Positions 1-12,511 of a DNA stretch of 64,000 nt are shown here, piece after piece. The DNA is from Nemertoderma westbladi (Eukaryota; Animalia; Xenacoelomorpha): assembly GCA_032718475.1 (NCBI GenBank), contig JAUCBJ010000998.1, positions 37,441 to 101,440 of the forward strand. Direction: 5' to 3'. Numbering within the stretch: the stretch's first letter is position 1; each line of letters begins with the position of its first letter. Made by a program: the position numbers and the translations under genes. A model generated the notes under the pieces. That model saw only the letters and a program-made list of their open reading frames with translations. It searched no databases and was not told the origin of the DNA.

Positions 1-129
1 ATTTTCTGGGAGCGGTGTAAAAGCTTCTGTGGGATATAACTGGCCCTTTTGCTTTGCAATCCAGTTTCCCCCCAGGCGCTGGAATACTCTAAAAGGCTCT
101 CTAACTCGAATGATACAAGCGACCGGCTG

Positions 130-1222
130 ATTGGCTGATTTGCTGTACGAGGGGCTCTTTGCTATGTTCTATCGGCCAACCAGAGCTATAGCAGCAGAGT
201 ATGCAACCAGGACAACCGAGCGGAGTGACTCATTTTGTGTGCTGGCCAAGGGATGCCAAAATCCTGATAGTTCGGCATTTAGACATTCGTGGAACCTGTG
301 GATTCTGGTGTTCTGCCAATGAGAGCTATTCCTCTCTGTGTAAAAGATACCTGCAACAGGGACAGTGTTGACAGTCTGTGTTGTTGTTCCTCCTACGCCA
401 GAACATCGGCTTTTGGAATGACTCGGTGTTTCAGACTTTTAGTAAAACATTAGTAGGCTTAGATTATAGAACGTATAACTGTTATCGACTCACAGTTCAG
501 CAATTATATCATATCTTAACCTACCGTCTTAATGCTATTTACTGTTGTGTTTATCGGTTGGTTGAATATTATTATTTGGAGAACATCGATAAAGAACCCA
601 AATTTCCCAATTTTCTTGATACACTACAGGTTAGAGAGACAGGCTATATATAACAATTGCGACTTATGTTATCGTGGTTTGTAGTGAACCTAATGCTATT
701 TGATAGGCACTACATTGGTCAATTGCTGTTCTCTTTATGTGTGATCAAATTCATTGACGGTCGGCAGATTAGTGTGCAGTATTGTGCGATACCGGTAGTG
801 TGCATGATTGTGACTTGATAACTAAGCATTTCCTAAAGAATGCGCCTTATACGTGAATCATAAGCCTTACAGTCTTACCGTTGCGTGTAGTATAAGTCAT
901 AGCTCTGTTTACTTAGGTAGAGCGCCACGTCCTAAAGGAACTGTTAATATTTCCCGAAAGTGAATAATATTTGTCAGAAATTACTTATTAGCGATCAATC
1001 GAATAATACAGTAGGCTTCACTGCAACAATAAAATCTAAGCTCCATCCGAATCCAGTCTCCCGGGAATATCCAGCGGGTGAATGGACGCGCACTAGGCTG
1101 GCTTCGGCTAATGTTGTGTTTATTGGTATTAAATATTTGTCATTTACTAAAAGTCTATTTATAAACCAAAAGACATATAAATTTTAGCAGGTTAAACTGC
1201 TAAAGGTCTTCAAAAGCGCGTA
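130..1222. repeat. Unclassified dispersed repeat, copy 1, with 3' stem-loop
   Basis: Shares ordered blocks with 2900-3897 (TCCTAAAGAATGCGC, GTCCTAAAGGAACTGTTAATATTTCCC, AGCGATCAATCGAATAATACAGTAGG, GCAGGTTAAACTGCTAAAGGTCT...AAAAGCGCG). Hairpin TTTAGCAG-GTTAAA-CTGCTAAA near 1183-1204. Left boundary approximate. Confidence 0.65.
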
Positions 1223-2169
1223 CACCCCCCCCCCCCCCCCCTCCCATAAATATGGCCCTGTCTATAATTAGAGGTTTACTTTGGCCCCTTTGCCCGGTAT
1301 ACCCACACCCGGATGCATTGCGAATAATTGTGTTTACAATGTAATAGAGAATTAAACATTAGTAAAACATTAAAGTTAAACATTAGCGAAATATACGCGA
1401 CATTAAAATAAATTTATAAAATTGGTTGGTTATATTATATGGTTATATTTTAATGTAAAATAACGTTAATATGTTAAAGGTCATACATACTTAATAAATG
1501 TAATAAAAAATATATAAATCTTCAGATTAATAATTTAGAATATAAATTTTTAAATATTTTTTAAATTTAAAAATAAATTGAGTCACTGAGTCTGCAACTT
1601 AATTCTCACTGTCTACTGGAGTTAATTACACACAAACAAATCAAGTTTAGGGAATGTTATAACAGCAGGAGACCATCAAACCCGTAGGCAGAGTATAACA
1701 GAAGCGAGTGGGCCATTAAACACAGACAGCTTGTTGTAATGCTACACAGTGCGCAGTGGGTGGTTACGCGAGTTTGAGTTGGGTTTGAGTAAACCAGACA
1801 GGTTTGAGTTAGTAAGAGAAAAGGTACCCAGTTTGAGAAACGGTATCTAGAATGAGATGGGGACTGCATTACATAATAATACCTATAATTAAAACAATTA
1901 ATTATTATAATTCTATGGTTAATAAAAACAGTATATCATTCGGGGGATGGAATTTATAGGTCATCTAATTAATTGTTTAAAGATTAGCAAACAATACGAT
2001 GTAATTGCATAGATAAAACCCATAAATAAAACTTTGATATAAAATTTAAAATCGGGATGCAAAAGATCACTTTCTGAGCTACGAAATGAAAATTGGATAC
2101 AACTTATCTGGATACAAGCGGTTAGTTTACCTTACAAAAAGAAAAATACGAATGTGCGAAGTTAATAAC

Positions 2170-2302
2170 AGTCGGGGGGGAAGTGTCCGGGGGGGGGAGT
2201 GTCTGGGAGAAGTGTCCGGGGGGGAAGTGTCCTCTGGAGCGGGGGGGGGGGGGGGGAACTGTCCGGGTGGGGGGGGGGGAAGTGTCCGGGGGGGAAGTGT
2301 CG
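2170..2302. repeat. G-rich tandem repeat (GGGGGGAAGTGTCC-like units)
   Basis: Several GnAAGTGTCC/GAACTGTCC units separated by G runs. The ORFs called here are low-complexity artefacts. Confidence 0.75.
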
Positions 2303-2899
2303 AACACCATCTTTCAGCAATTACCAGTGAGTGAGCATTGTCGTATACAAAAAAATCTACCTAAAAAATCCTCAAACCCAAATTGACAGCCATAAAAAAA
2401 GTTCACGGGGGTAATTGTAATACAAAACAATGGTAATTTGAAATGTGCCCCCTGGGGAACGAAAAATATAAGTAGTGCCAATAAAATGATGAAAAATCAA
2501 CCTGTTTTTATGACCTTATGGGTTGTCTAGGTTGCTGATTCAGAGGGAGGGGTAGGGGGTGTGGGATAGGAGGTGTCTTGTGTTTAGGTGTGTTTAGGTC
2601 CGGCATAACCCCCCCCCCCCCCCCCCCCCACCCCCACAATTTTTTTTTTTACAAATCTTAATGAGATTGTATGAAATTTGAAACATGGATAGTTTCACCT
2701 CCCTCTTCCTTACTACAGTAAATGAGTCAGAAGTTTTACTTTCGATTTCATTCTTTAGCTACTAGCGTTTGAAAAATGTGTTTAAAAGTGTAAAAGCTTT
2801 TGCGGACATAACAAGTCATTTTTACGCAATGCGCAGAATACTCTAAAATAGCCCTAAATTTATCCAACTACGCGACGGGAAGGAATTAGAACCAAGATG

Positions 2900-3897
2900 A
2901 CGAAATCTGTCAGCTGATTCTTTGTGGACGTGGAAGTTCTTTGTTCTGTCTTATTCAGCCAATCAGAGCAATTTTCACTTTACGGTTAATAGAAACCTAT
3001 GGAAACTCGCGCAATGCATTATGGTCTTTGTTTACTATTTTCCTGAGAATCAGAACCAACTCAGGATTTTGTGCTTCTGAACGAAAGTTTCAGACTTTGG
3101 CCTAGGAACATCAGATGGCCTTGGTTATAAGAACGTAAATCTATTAACTCGGCATTTCTCATTTTTCACATTTCATAACTGCATAAGTAACACATACTGA
3201 CTGTTCACCGCACTATTTTACTTCTGTTTATGGTATTAATTGTTGTTATATTAATGGATATTGATGTTATATTTGGAGAATATCGATAAATAATTATAAA
3301 CCCCTCAATCTTATTGATTACTGAGGTAAGAGGAATAGAGTCTACCGGTAGCAACTGCGACTTAAATTATAGTGGTTTTGTGTGAATCAAAGGCTATTTC
3401 ATAATCCCTACTTGTGTCAGTTGCAATCCTCCTTATATATGATCAAATTCAGTGACGAATGCAGATTAGTGCGAACTAGTGTAAAGTCGTGTGAAGTCGT
3501 GTGAAGTAGTGTGAAGGTTAATAAAGCATCTCCTAAAGAATGCGCTTTTTACGAAACTCTGTGGCCATCTAGTTGTGATTAGTATAAGTCATAACTCTGT
3601 TTTATACTTAAAGCGTTACGTCCTAAAGGAACTGTTAATATTTCCCCGAAAGTAAATATAGTTGTCAGAGATTATATAGTAGCGATCAATCGAATAATAC
3701 AGTAGGTCTACACTGCAATAACTCCCAAGGAATCCGAATCCAGTCTCCCACACCGTGGGTCCTACGCCGCGCACGGACTGGCTTCGGCTGATGTAACTTC
3801 AGTACACTAGGTAATTGATATAGGCTAAAGTCGATTTATAAACAAGAGGACAACTAAAATTGGCAGGTTAAACTGCTAAAGGTCTAAAAGCGCGAAC
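2900..3897. repeat. Unclassified dispersed repeat, copy 2
   Basis: Diverged copy of 130-1222 with the same block order. A third partial copy lies at ~30860-31062. Confidence 0.65.
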
Positions 3898-5353
3898 AAA
3901 AAGATATAAATAAGCGCTATACAACTGTAGGAAGGACAACTCTATGTTTCTTCTACTCTACACCATGTCCTGGAATATAGTGTCGTTATTCAGGTACATG
4001 ACCCCCCCCCCCCCAAATTTTTCTACAAATCTTAATGAGATTGCATGAAATTTGAAACAGATATAGTTTCACCACCCTCCTCCTCCGTGGGTGAGCCAGA
4101 ATTTTTATTTTTGACTTCAGTCTTTATCTACAAATTATCAAAATATTCCGTTTGAAAAATGTATCTCCGGCGATATTTCAGAGGTCACAGTGCAATCATT
4201 CTTCAACATTGTTGTGATTTGATGGTACCAATAGAAAGCTGCCCTTACAAGGATTCCAAATATGTAAAAACATTTGAATTTGGTAGGGAAATAGCTGAGA
4301 TATGGGCATTCGAATGTTGCATGTTTTTGCTTCCCATGCAGGCCATTTATTCTATTTAATAAATACACAATGTTCTAGAACATTTTGTTTATTCCATACG
4401 TAGCCGGGCAACAATGCAATACTTCTTTAACTATACTATTACGTAGCTATTCATAAATAAACAAAATGTTCTAGAATATGGTAGGCCCCCTAGTGCTTTT
4501 GCTTTCCATGCCACTGCTACTATATCCACGTTATACCATCGAGTGGTCCAACCGCTTTTTAGAAATGCTTGAGATGTTGCTGCTAATATTTGTATAATTA
4601 TTGAGTGGGATTTCTTATGTCCATTTGTCCGATTGAAAGGAACGTTATTGATGGAGATGAAGGTATCAGCTGAACATTAATATTTAGGAACATAGGTTCT
4701 TAAGATTTAGTAAACATTCCCTCAATTGGTAACAATATCGTTTATTGTTATGGTTAGAAAAGTCCCCCACTGCAACCTGTTCCTTTCCCTCCTTAGGTAA
4801 CAATATATTTTATTGTTTTTATTGTATCTAGGGTGCAACTACCACCCCCCCCCCCCCCCACCCCCGACCATTGGAACTGGAACTACTGTATAAAAGTTAA
4901 TTCTCACCACCCCGAATCGTGTTCTTTTAGGTATTGGGTGTTGAGTGTCGGTCTGTCTCTTTTAATATAGAATTTCTCCGCTAATTTACGTTCTGTCCAG
5001 TCCAGTCTTTACATATGCGTTTAATTTGTACTGTAAATGGGTTGGTGTGATTAGTATTCCCCGGGTGTATATCTAAGTAGTGCTCCCCTATAGCTTCCTT
5101 TCTATTCCCTTGCCTCACGGAGTTCTTATGTCTGTTTATCCTTTCGCGGAGGGGCCCTACCGTTTCTCCAATATATTTATCTACGTGTTGGGTGCAAACC
5201 GTGCACCTAATCTCATAGACAGCGTTCCTCACTGTACACTTTGTTACACCGTTGTTACACGTGTAACAGATAGTTCCGGCAGTAGACGGACACCTCTCGG
5301 GTTGAAGGCTGGATCTGATTAGAAGCTGGCGGAGTTTAGTGCCAGGTGTACAA

Positions 5354-6769
5354 TAGGGCGGTGCGTTTTTTACTTTTTTTCGATTTCATTGTTCTACCGG
5401 TGCACAAAAGTTGCCAAATGGTAAAAAAATAAGGCAAAAAAAATTTCTTTGAATTTCGTCTATATCTTCACGGATCCCAAGAGGGTTGAAATTTTGAGCC
5501 ATCGCGGTGCACCATAATGAAATTTATAACAATATAACACATTGATGAAAGATCAATGACTCAAAAAAGAACTTCCTGCATGCATCAAATGTCATCAAAT
5601 GGGTCCAAACTTAGTTAGATACCAAAATTTTAATTTTTGGATCAAGGGAACTAGTGCCACAAGCACGTGGCCAGAATCTACCATTTGGCGCAAGTGATGA
5701 TTATTCTCAATTTTCGCGATGGCCAACTTTGAGTTCTCCTACTGCATTCATATTATGCTCATTAGAACTGCAATGGCCGATTTAGTGGGGGTAGACACCT
5801 TCAAAACAAACGTAGAGCGAATAGTTCTTGAGATATCGCAGAAAATGAGAAAATGTGAAGTCCGGCACAAGTCTACATTACCGCCTTGATGTGATATGGA
5901 CAAATACACTAAAAATGATATTTTGAATTATCTAAAGGAATCACGAATAGACACATTACAGAAATGATCGATATAGTGGGTGAAGGCATCTTCAAAATAA
6001 GAATAGAGTCATTAGTTCTTGAGTTAATTTACAAAATGTCAAGATGTCCACTGTCAATTAATACTTGATATTGAGTTGACCAATTCCACACATTTTGTAC
6101 AAAAACTATAGTGAATTAATCACTACTCTTTAATTTTGAAGTTGTCTGTATACACTAAATCAATTTGTTGCAGTGATGTGTATATTTTTGATGCCTTAAG
6201 ATAATTAGAAGTAACATTTTTGTGTATTTGTCTATAAATCATCAAGGCGGTAATGTTGACTTGTGCCGTACTTTACATTTTCTGCAATATCTCAAGATCT
6301 ATTCGCTCTATGCTTGTTTTGATGGTGTCTACCCCCACTAAATCGGTCATTGCGGTTCTAATGAGCATAATATTAATGCCGTAGGAGAACTAAAAGTTGT
6401 CCATCACCGAAATTGAGAATAATCATCACTTGCGCCAAAGAGTAAGTTCTGGTCATGTGTCTGTGGCACTACTTCCCTTGATCCAAAAATTAAAATTTTG
6501 GTATCTAACTAAGTTTGGACACATTTGATGACATTTGATGCATGCAGGAAGTTCTTTCTTGGGTCATTGATCTTTCATTAATGTGTTATATTGTTATAAA
6601 TTTCATTATGGTGCATCGCGATGGCACAAAATTTCAACCCTCTTGGGATCCGTGAAGATATAGACGAAATTGAAAGAAATTTTTTTTGCCTTATTTTTTT
6701 ACAATTTGGCAACTTTTGTGCACCGGTAGAACAATGAAATCGAAAAAAAGTAAAAAACGCACCGCCCTA
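5354..6769. mobile_element. Non-autonomous hAT-type fold-back element (MITE), 1416 bp
   Basis: Ends TAGGGCGGTGCG... and ...CGCACCGCCCTA. The arms are reverse complements over most of the length. 8-bp TSD GTGTACAA at 5346-5353 and 6770-6777, the length typical of hAT. Confidence 0.88.
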
Positions 6770-7089
6770 GTGTACAAGCCAACCTTGCCGAGCTTCCTAT
6801 TGGGGAGTTCCTAATGGCGCGTTCCACACCCCGTTTCAATCCTTCGTTATAAAATGGTAAAACTAATGGAACTTTATTATCCAGGGTTCTAGAAGTGGTA
6901 TTCCGGTTATTATGTACTCTACCCATTTCTTCATTACGTATAAGTGCTATAATTATATGTGGGGGGTAGTCGTTACTGAGCATATTGTATATTTTATCCA
7001 AACTGCGCCCTTTGACTTCTACTGTAGAGCTATTTACTGTATAGCTCGTTTAACTGCGGAACGTGCGGTGGCTGTAATAATGGTACGTG

Positions 7090-8187
7090 AGTAGTAATGG
7101 TTTGCCCATTTCGGCGACAGTTAGACCAACTTCGCACCTTGGGTGTTAAGTAGGTCATTAATTAATTAAACAATTAATTAATTGGTCGATTAAACAATTA
7201 ATTAATTGTTTAATCAATCGATTTGTATCAAATAATGTTGCCAAAGGCAATTTAATTTGATACAAATCAATCAGATAGGGATGCGCAATGAATAAATTGT
7301 ACTACAGCAAATGAAATATACAATACAATAGGAACCGTACAATACAATATACAGTACATTTGTATTATTTTTGTCATACAGTAGGTAAAGGTAGAATTAA
7401 ATATAAAGAAGCGAACGGGGCCCAAAACATAAATTACCCTCACACGAAAATAAAGTGGGCCAGCTTGGTCCTAGCTCAACCCCTCAATAATCTGCGGTCG
7501 TTGAGCTCTTATTAGCCATAGCAAGATTAATCCCCTTGAATCCTATACTGTACGTCAACGCGTGAATGGGGCCTGCCACAGAGTTTAAATTATTCAAACC
7601 TATAGCTTCGTTATTACATCAATTCGTCCGAGAAATTATAATAAACATCTGCTCTTGCAATAGATTGCATTCTTTCGCATTGTGTTGCGAAGCACTCCAC
7701 GCGCATATTAGCTCAACAACAAAGCCAGTGCCCAAACGCCATGTGTCAAATTAATTCCCAACCATATCTACAGTAGATACTGCTGTTTTTTGTTTGAAGT
7801 AATTTCAGATGCTCTAGTATAACATTAATTAACATACCCACAGCCCACAGCAGCAGCTCATTCATTACATGCACTTTTCTCCAGCGTACCCCCCGCTTCT
7901 CAATTCACCCCATTTCCCATCCTAACTAATGTTTTACTTTTAATTAACCCAATGAAATGTGTTTATTATTCCCTCAATCCAATAGCGCGTCACTCTCTCT
8001 CTCTCTCTTTTTTATTTCTATTGGTTCCCACAAGCTTCACTTTTATTTTCATTGGTTACCCTTTCCCTTATAAACCCCCATCCAACGCTTTAAACTTTAC
8101 TTACAAAAATATTATTGACAATTTTACTTTTTATTTAAAGTTATAATACATTTATTGTTATTCATAATATTATATTTTCTTCAAGAT
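7090..8187 (+). repeat. Polinton left terminal inverted repeat (1098 bp)
   Basis: Reverse complement of 22058-23149, with roughly a dozen substitutions seen by eye and a 6-bp length difference in a (CT)n tract. Confidence 0.95.
7945..8110 (+). promoter_or_regulatory. Putative inward-facing Pol II promoter inside the TIR (mirrored at ~22135-22295 on the minus strand)
   Basis: CCAAT/ATTGG boxes at ~7949, 7979, 8020 and 8051. TATAAA at 8069-8074 with an Inr-like TTACTT about 30 bp downstream. Confidence 0.5.
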
Positions 8188-8324
8188 TTTTATACGTAAT
8201 ACATTTATTATTATAAATAATATATTGTTGCAAACATTTATAACATCAATGTGATTTGATATTCCTTCTTATTATTCCCAATCGAGCAATTTTCTTTTTT
8301 CCAATACCACAAATCAATCTGCAG

Positions 8325-8449
8325 GTAAGAACAATAAATTTGTATTTTTATGAATTCGTTTAGTTTTAACATTATTGCCTCAAAATAAATATCAACCCCG
8401 CGAAACCTTCCCAAACTTATTATTATTATTTAGTTTTTTTATTTTATAG
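8325..8449 (+). other. Putative 5'-UTR intron of the pPolB transcript
   Basis: Donor CAG|GTAAGA at 8325. T-rich tract ending TTTTATAG at 8449, followed by CAAACATG (ATG at 8455). Confidence 0.55.
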
Positions 8450-8454
8450 CAAAC

Positions 8455-11400
8455 ATGCCTATGTCATCAAAATTCGTTGACTGTCCTGTCTGCAATAAGA
8501 ACATAGTCTCAACAAACATCTCGGAACTCATTTTAAACAATATTCATGCGATTGTTGTGGCACCTGGTCCTCCGATAAGAAAACCATGGTTAGCCATCTA
8601 GCGCTATGTATGCAAGGTGGGACTGGGTTTAGATTTATCAACGAAGAAAACACTTGCAAGTGTGGTGAATCATTCACTTTATCAGCCTTTAAAGAACACG
8701 ATTGCTATACGCGACTCTTCTCTCGGAAACGCAAACAATCTCAAACGCCCTTGTCACCACCACCACCACCTCCACCACCAAACATTCAATCTCCAAGGGT
8801 TGGCCCTTCTACTTCAAGACAACAGACTGGAGGTTCGACCAACAACCCATTTTTACCATCCGTGAATAGCTCATCCCACAACTGCTTATTTACATATACA
8901 AACACGTTACTTACACCACAATTAGATGTAGAGTTAACACTTAGAGAAAATGAAAGTAATATTTGGGAAAGAGTGAGTCAACATTTTAATAATGAATTTA
9001 ATTTTATAAAAGTTTGGTTAACTATTTCTATCTTAATGGAAAGGGAGACATCTGAGGGTACTCAATTAGAAACCTTTAGTTTCAAATCAAACGCTTCAAA
9101 TAATCAAATAACTTCTAATTCAGATTTTGAAAACTGGTTTTCGCAAACTATCGAACGAATAGATGAATTAATAGCAGTCTTTGTTTGCATGGGCAGTGGT
9201 TGGAATATTGTTTCAATCAAAGAAATCAATTTACAAATTTCTACCTTCAACCGCAACCCCTATTTAAAAGGACACGGTGGTGGTGGTTATATTCCTAAAA
9301 TTTTAGCAAAGAAGCGGTGCATTATTAACTTAGATTGTCCCATCGGGGAATGTTTTAAGTACGCAGTAGTCGCTGCCGCTTGTTATAAAAAAAATTGAAA
9401 GAAAGAAACAAAACATTAGTCGATTGTCAACATATACTCCATACATGTCCATGTTTGATTTCAGTACGGTGAGTTTCCCAGTAGATAGAGTAGTAGGCAT
9501 CCCACGTTTTTTAGAAAGCAACCCTTTGTACTGCATTAATTTATTATTTTGGAGTACTGATAACATATTGAGCATTCTATCACAACCAGATTCAGAACAT
9601 TGCTTCCAAAAAACTGTTTTAAATTTAATGTTTATAGAAGGTAATCAAAACAATCCAGGACATTACTGCGCAATTGTCAACTTAAATAGACTTATTAATA
9701 AAACAGGACAAAAGAACAAATCAATTTGTGAGCGGTGTCTGAGAGCTTTTTATACTATTAACTCATTGCAATCTCATCGGGAACTATGTTACACGAGCAA
9801 ACGACAATTGGAACAAATGCCTACACCTGACAAATTAAAAATTAAATTTAATCGATTAGATAAAACATTATCCCCTCCCTTTTGCATATATGCCGATATT
9901 GAAAGCGTTTTAGAACCTACATCAAACCCTAAATTAGTTCAAAAGCACATTGCTAGCGCCGCCGCATTTTATACAGTACCCAATCGCGAGCTAATAAATC
10001 CCCCACAAACATCATTACAAATGTTTAGAGACACTGGAACAAACCATGTTATAGACGATTTTCTCACTGCTCTCGAATCACACTGTAGGGAATTATACGA
10101 GTGGACTATTTCTGGTACAAACACCAATGTTCCTAAACATTTGACTCGAGCACAGCAACAAAATTTTGATAATGCTACAAACTGTTACACTTGTAACTGT
10201 TCTCTAACCCCTGATTCACATGGACTGAATCTAGCAGAAAATCTCAATACTAAAGTTTGTGACCACAACCATCTAACGGGAGCCTATCGTGGGGCAGCAT
10301 GTGTTAGTTGTAACCGCAAACTTTCTCTTAAACGCAATAAATTTTATGTAGTGCTACACAACCTGAGGCATTACGATTCCCATTTAATCTTAAAAGAAGG
10401 TCTGAAAAACAGTTCATGAACTCATTGGAAGATAAATGTAATTCCAAAAAACACTGAGACTTATATCAATATAGAAATATCATTTCCCATAGACAAAACC
10501 ATGCAGACAGCAAATGCAAAAGAAAGTATTGTCATCAATCTTCTAGACTCTCTACAGTTCATGACAGCTAGTCTAGATAAGCTCAGTAGTTATCTTACTG
10601 CAAACAATTCTGATCTAACAAAAGCTATCCCACACACTTTGAAACAAATGAAAAATCTTTATCCCAATATTAGCAATTCCACTATTAAAAACAAAGGTAT
10701 ATTTCCTTATAGCTATATACAATCCATAACAAACTTATACGAAACTCAATTACCACCAATCGAGAGTTTCTATAATGATTTACAGCTTGAAGACTGTAGC
10801 GAGCATAACTATCAGCGTGCCCAAACTAGTTGGGTTGAGCTTCAATGTCAAAACATATTTGATTATATGATGGGATACTTGGCTCTAGATGTTACACTTC
10901 TCGCGGATACTTTCCAACAGTTTAGGGAACTATGTTTCTCCAATTATGGGTTAGATCCTCTGCATTATTATACTTCACCGGGGTTAACGTACGATTGAAA
11001 TTACGCATTGAAATTTACCAACAGTGAAATTGAACTACTATCTGATGGAACTATTTACGCAGATTTTGAAAATAATATTCGCGGAGGGCTTGTATTTCTG
11101 AATACACACTTAGAGGAAACTAATATACCTGGCAAACCAGAATACAACCCATGTAAACCAGAAAAATACCTAATTCCTCTCGATGCGAATAACCTGTATG
11201 GTTCTGCTCTCTCTCAGAAGCTCCCCTGCAGTAATATGAAAATCGTCGATACACCAATAGATCTGGCTACAGTTGATGCCACTGGGTCAGTAGGATATTA
11301 CTGCATCGTTGACCTCGAATACCCCCGAGAGATCCACGACAAAACTGCCGACCTACCACTAGGAGCGGAAAAAATGTCCATTCCCAAGAGCTTCCGCAGT

Positions 11401-12510
11401 ACATACTTGCAAGACCTCTGGCAACATTATAATCTCAATGATCAAGGGACCTATAAGCAATATAATGAGAAATATAGTAAACTGATTCTTCATCAATTCA
11501 AAAAAAAAAATTATGGTATTCATATAAAATTACTCCAATTATACTTAAAATTAGGACTTCAAATAACACAGGTGCATAAAGTATACTCATTCACTCAAAA
11601 ATACATATTCAGAGACTATATCTCGTTTAATACATCCAAACGACAATCCGCTAAAAATGCATTCGAAGTTTTATTTTATAAACTACTCAACAACTCACTC
11701 TATGGGAAAAGTCTTCAGAAGGTGCGAGACCGGCTATCATTCCGACTCTGTACATCTCCAGAACTGTGTGATCTGCTATTATCAAAACCAAATCATGAGC
11801 GCTTCATCTCATTCTCCCCCTATCTCAGTGGTCACACTTTTACTAAAGAAGTAGCAGTACTCAATCAAGCTGTATTTATTGGAGCAACCATCTTAGATCT
11901 TTCAAAGCTAGAGATGTATGATTACTATTACTGTAAACTGAAACCTCTCGAAGAAAAGCTGAGATGTGAAATTCGAGCCTTAGCTGGGGACACGGACAGT
12001 TTCTTTCTTTCGGTTACCGGTGTTGAGCACAAAATATTCCTAGAAGCCATGTTTAACTCTGGCTTTCTAGACACTTCAAATTACGACCCCTCACACCCAC
12101 TCTTTACAAATCAAAACAAGGCTTCCTTAGGTTTTTTGAAAGATGAAAGTAGAGGTCTATTATACAAATCATTTGTATTTTTGAAACCGAAAATGTATTC
12201 ATTCGAGGCATATGACGCGCAACCAAAGCGGACTTGCAAAGGAATTTCAAAAAATATTGTAGCCAAGCAATTAACACATAAACACTATTTAGACTGTTTT
12301 ATCAACGAATCAACAGATTACACAAACAACACAATATTTACTTCTAGGGAGCATCAAATGTTTACAGGGAGAATAAAAAAAAAAACATTAAGTCTCTGGG
12401 ATACAAAATCATTCTGGATGACGAAATATTACAGTAATGGCCACTATATTACAGGATTAACTAAACCAACAAAAAAAACTGTAATACCACCTTATTTAGT
12501 TGCAGAATAA
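8455..12510 (+). pseudogene. Protein-primed family B DNA polymerase (pPolB), disrupted
   Basis: N-terminal Zn-finger-like motifs (CPVC..HLGTH; CDCC..HLALC). ExoI YADIES, endonuclease VII-like CYTC..DHNH..ACVSCN, ExoII HNLRHYD, ExoIII YLALDV, PolA LDANNLYG, PolB KLLNNSLYGK, PolC GDTDS. Frameshifts at ~8515 and ~9390 (A runs); in-frame TGA at 10417 and 10996. Confidence 0.93.
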
Positions 12511-12511
12511 A

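Noticed and set aside
2086-2386. Gly-rich and Pro-rich ORFs
   Set aside because: Low-complexity G-run repeat that is open in several frames.
7952-8146. 64-aa and 62-aa ORFs mirrored in both TIRs (also 22099-22287)
   Set aside because: They exist twice only because of the inverted repeat, overlap promoter-like motifs and a (CT)n tract, and resemble no known protein.
10417-10998. Two in-frame TGA codons in pPolB as selenocysteine or alternative genetic code
   Set aside because: TGA ends the protease ORF normally, TGG is used for Trp throughout, and frameshifts co-occur. Decay is the simpler explanation.
12500-12511. ORF-track start of the TBP-like gene at TTG 12500
   Set aside because: It overlaps the pPolB end; the first ATG at 12512 is the plausible eukaryotic start.
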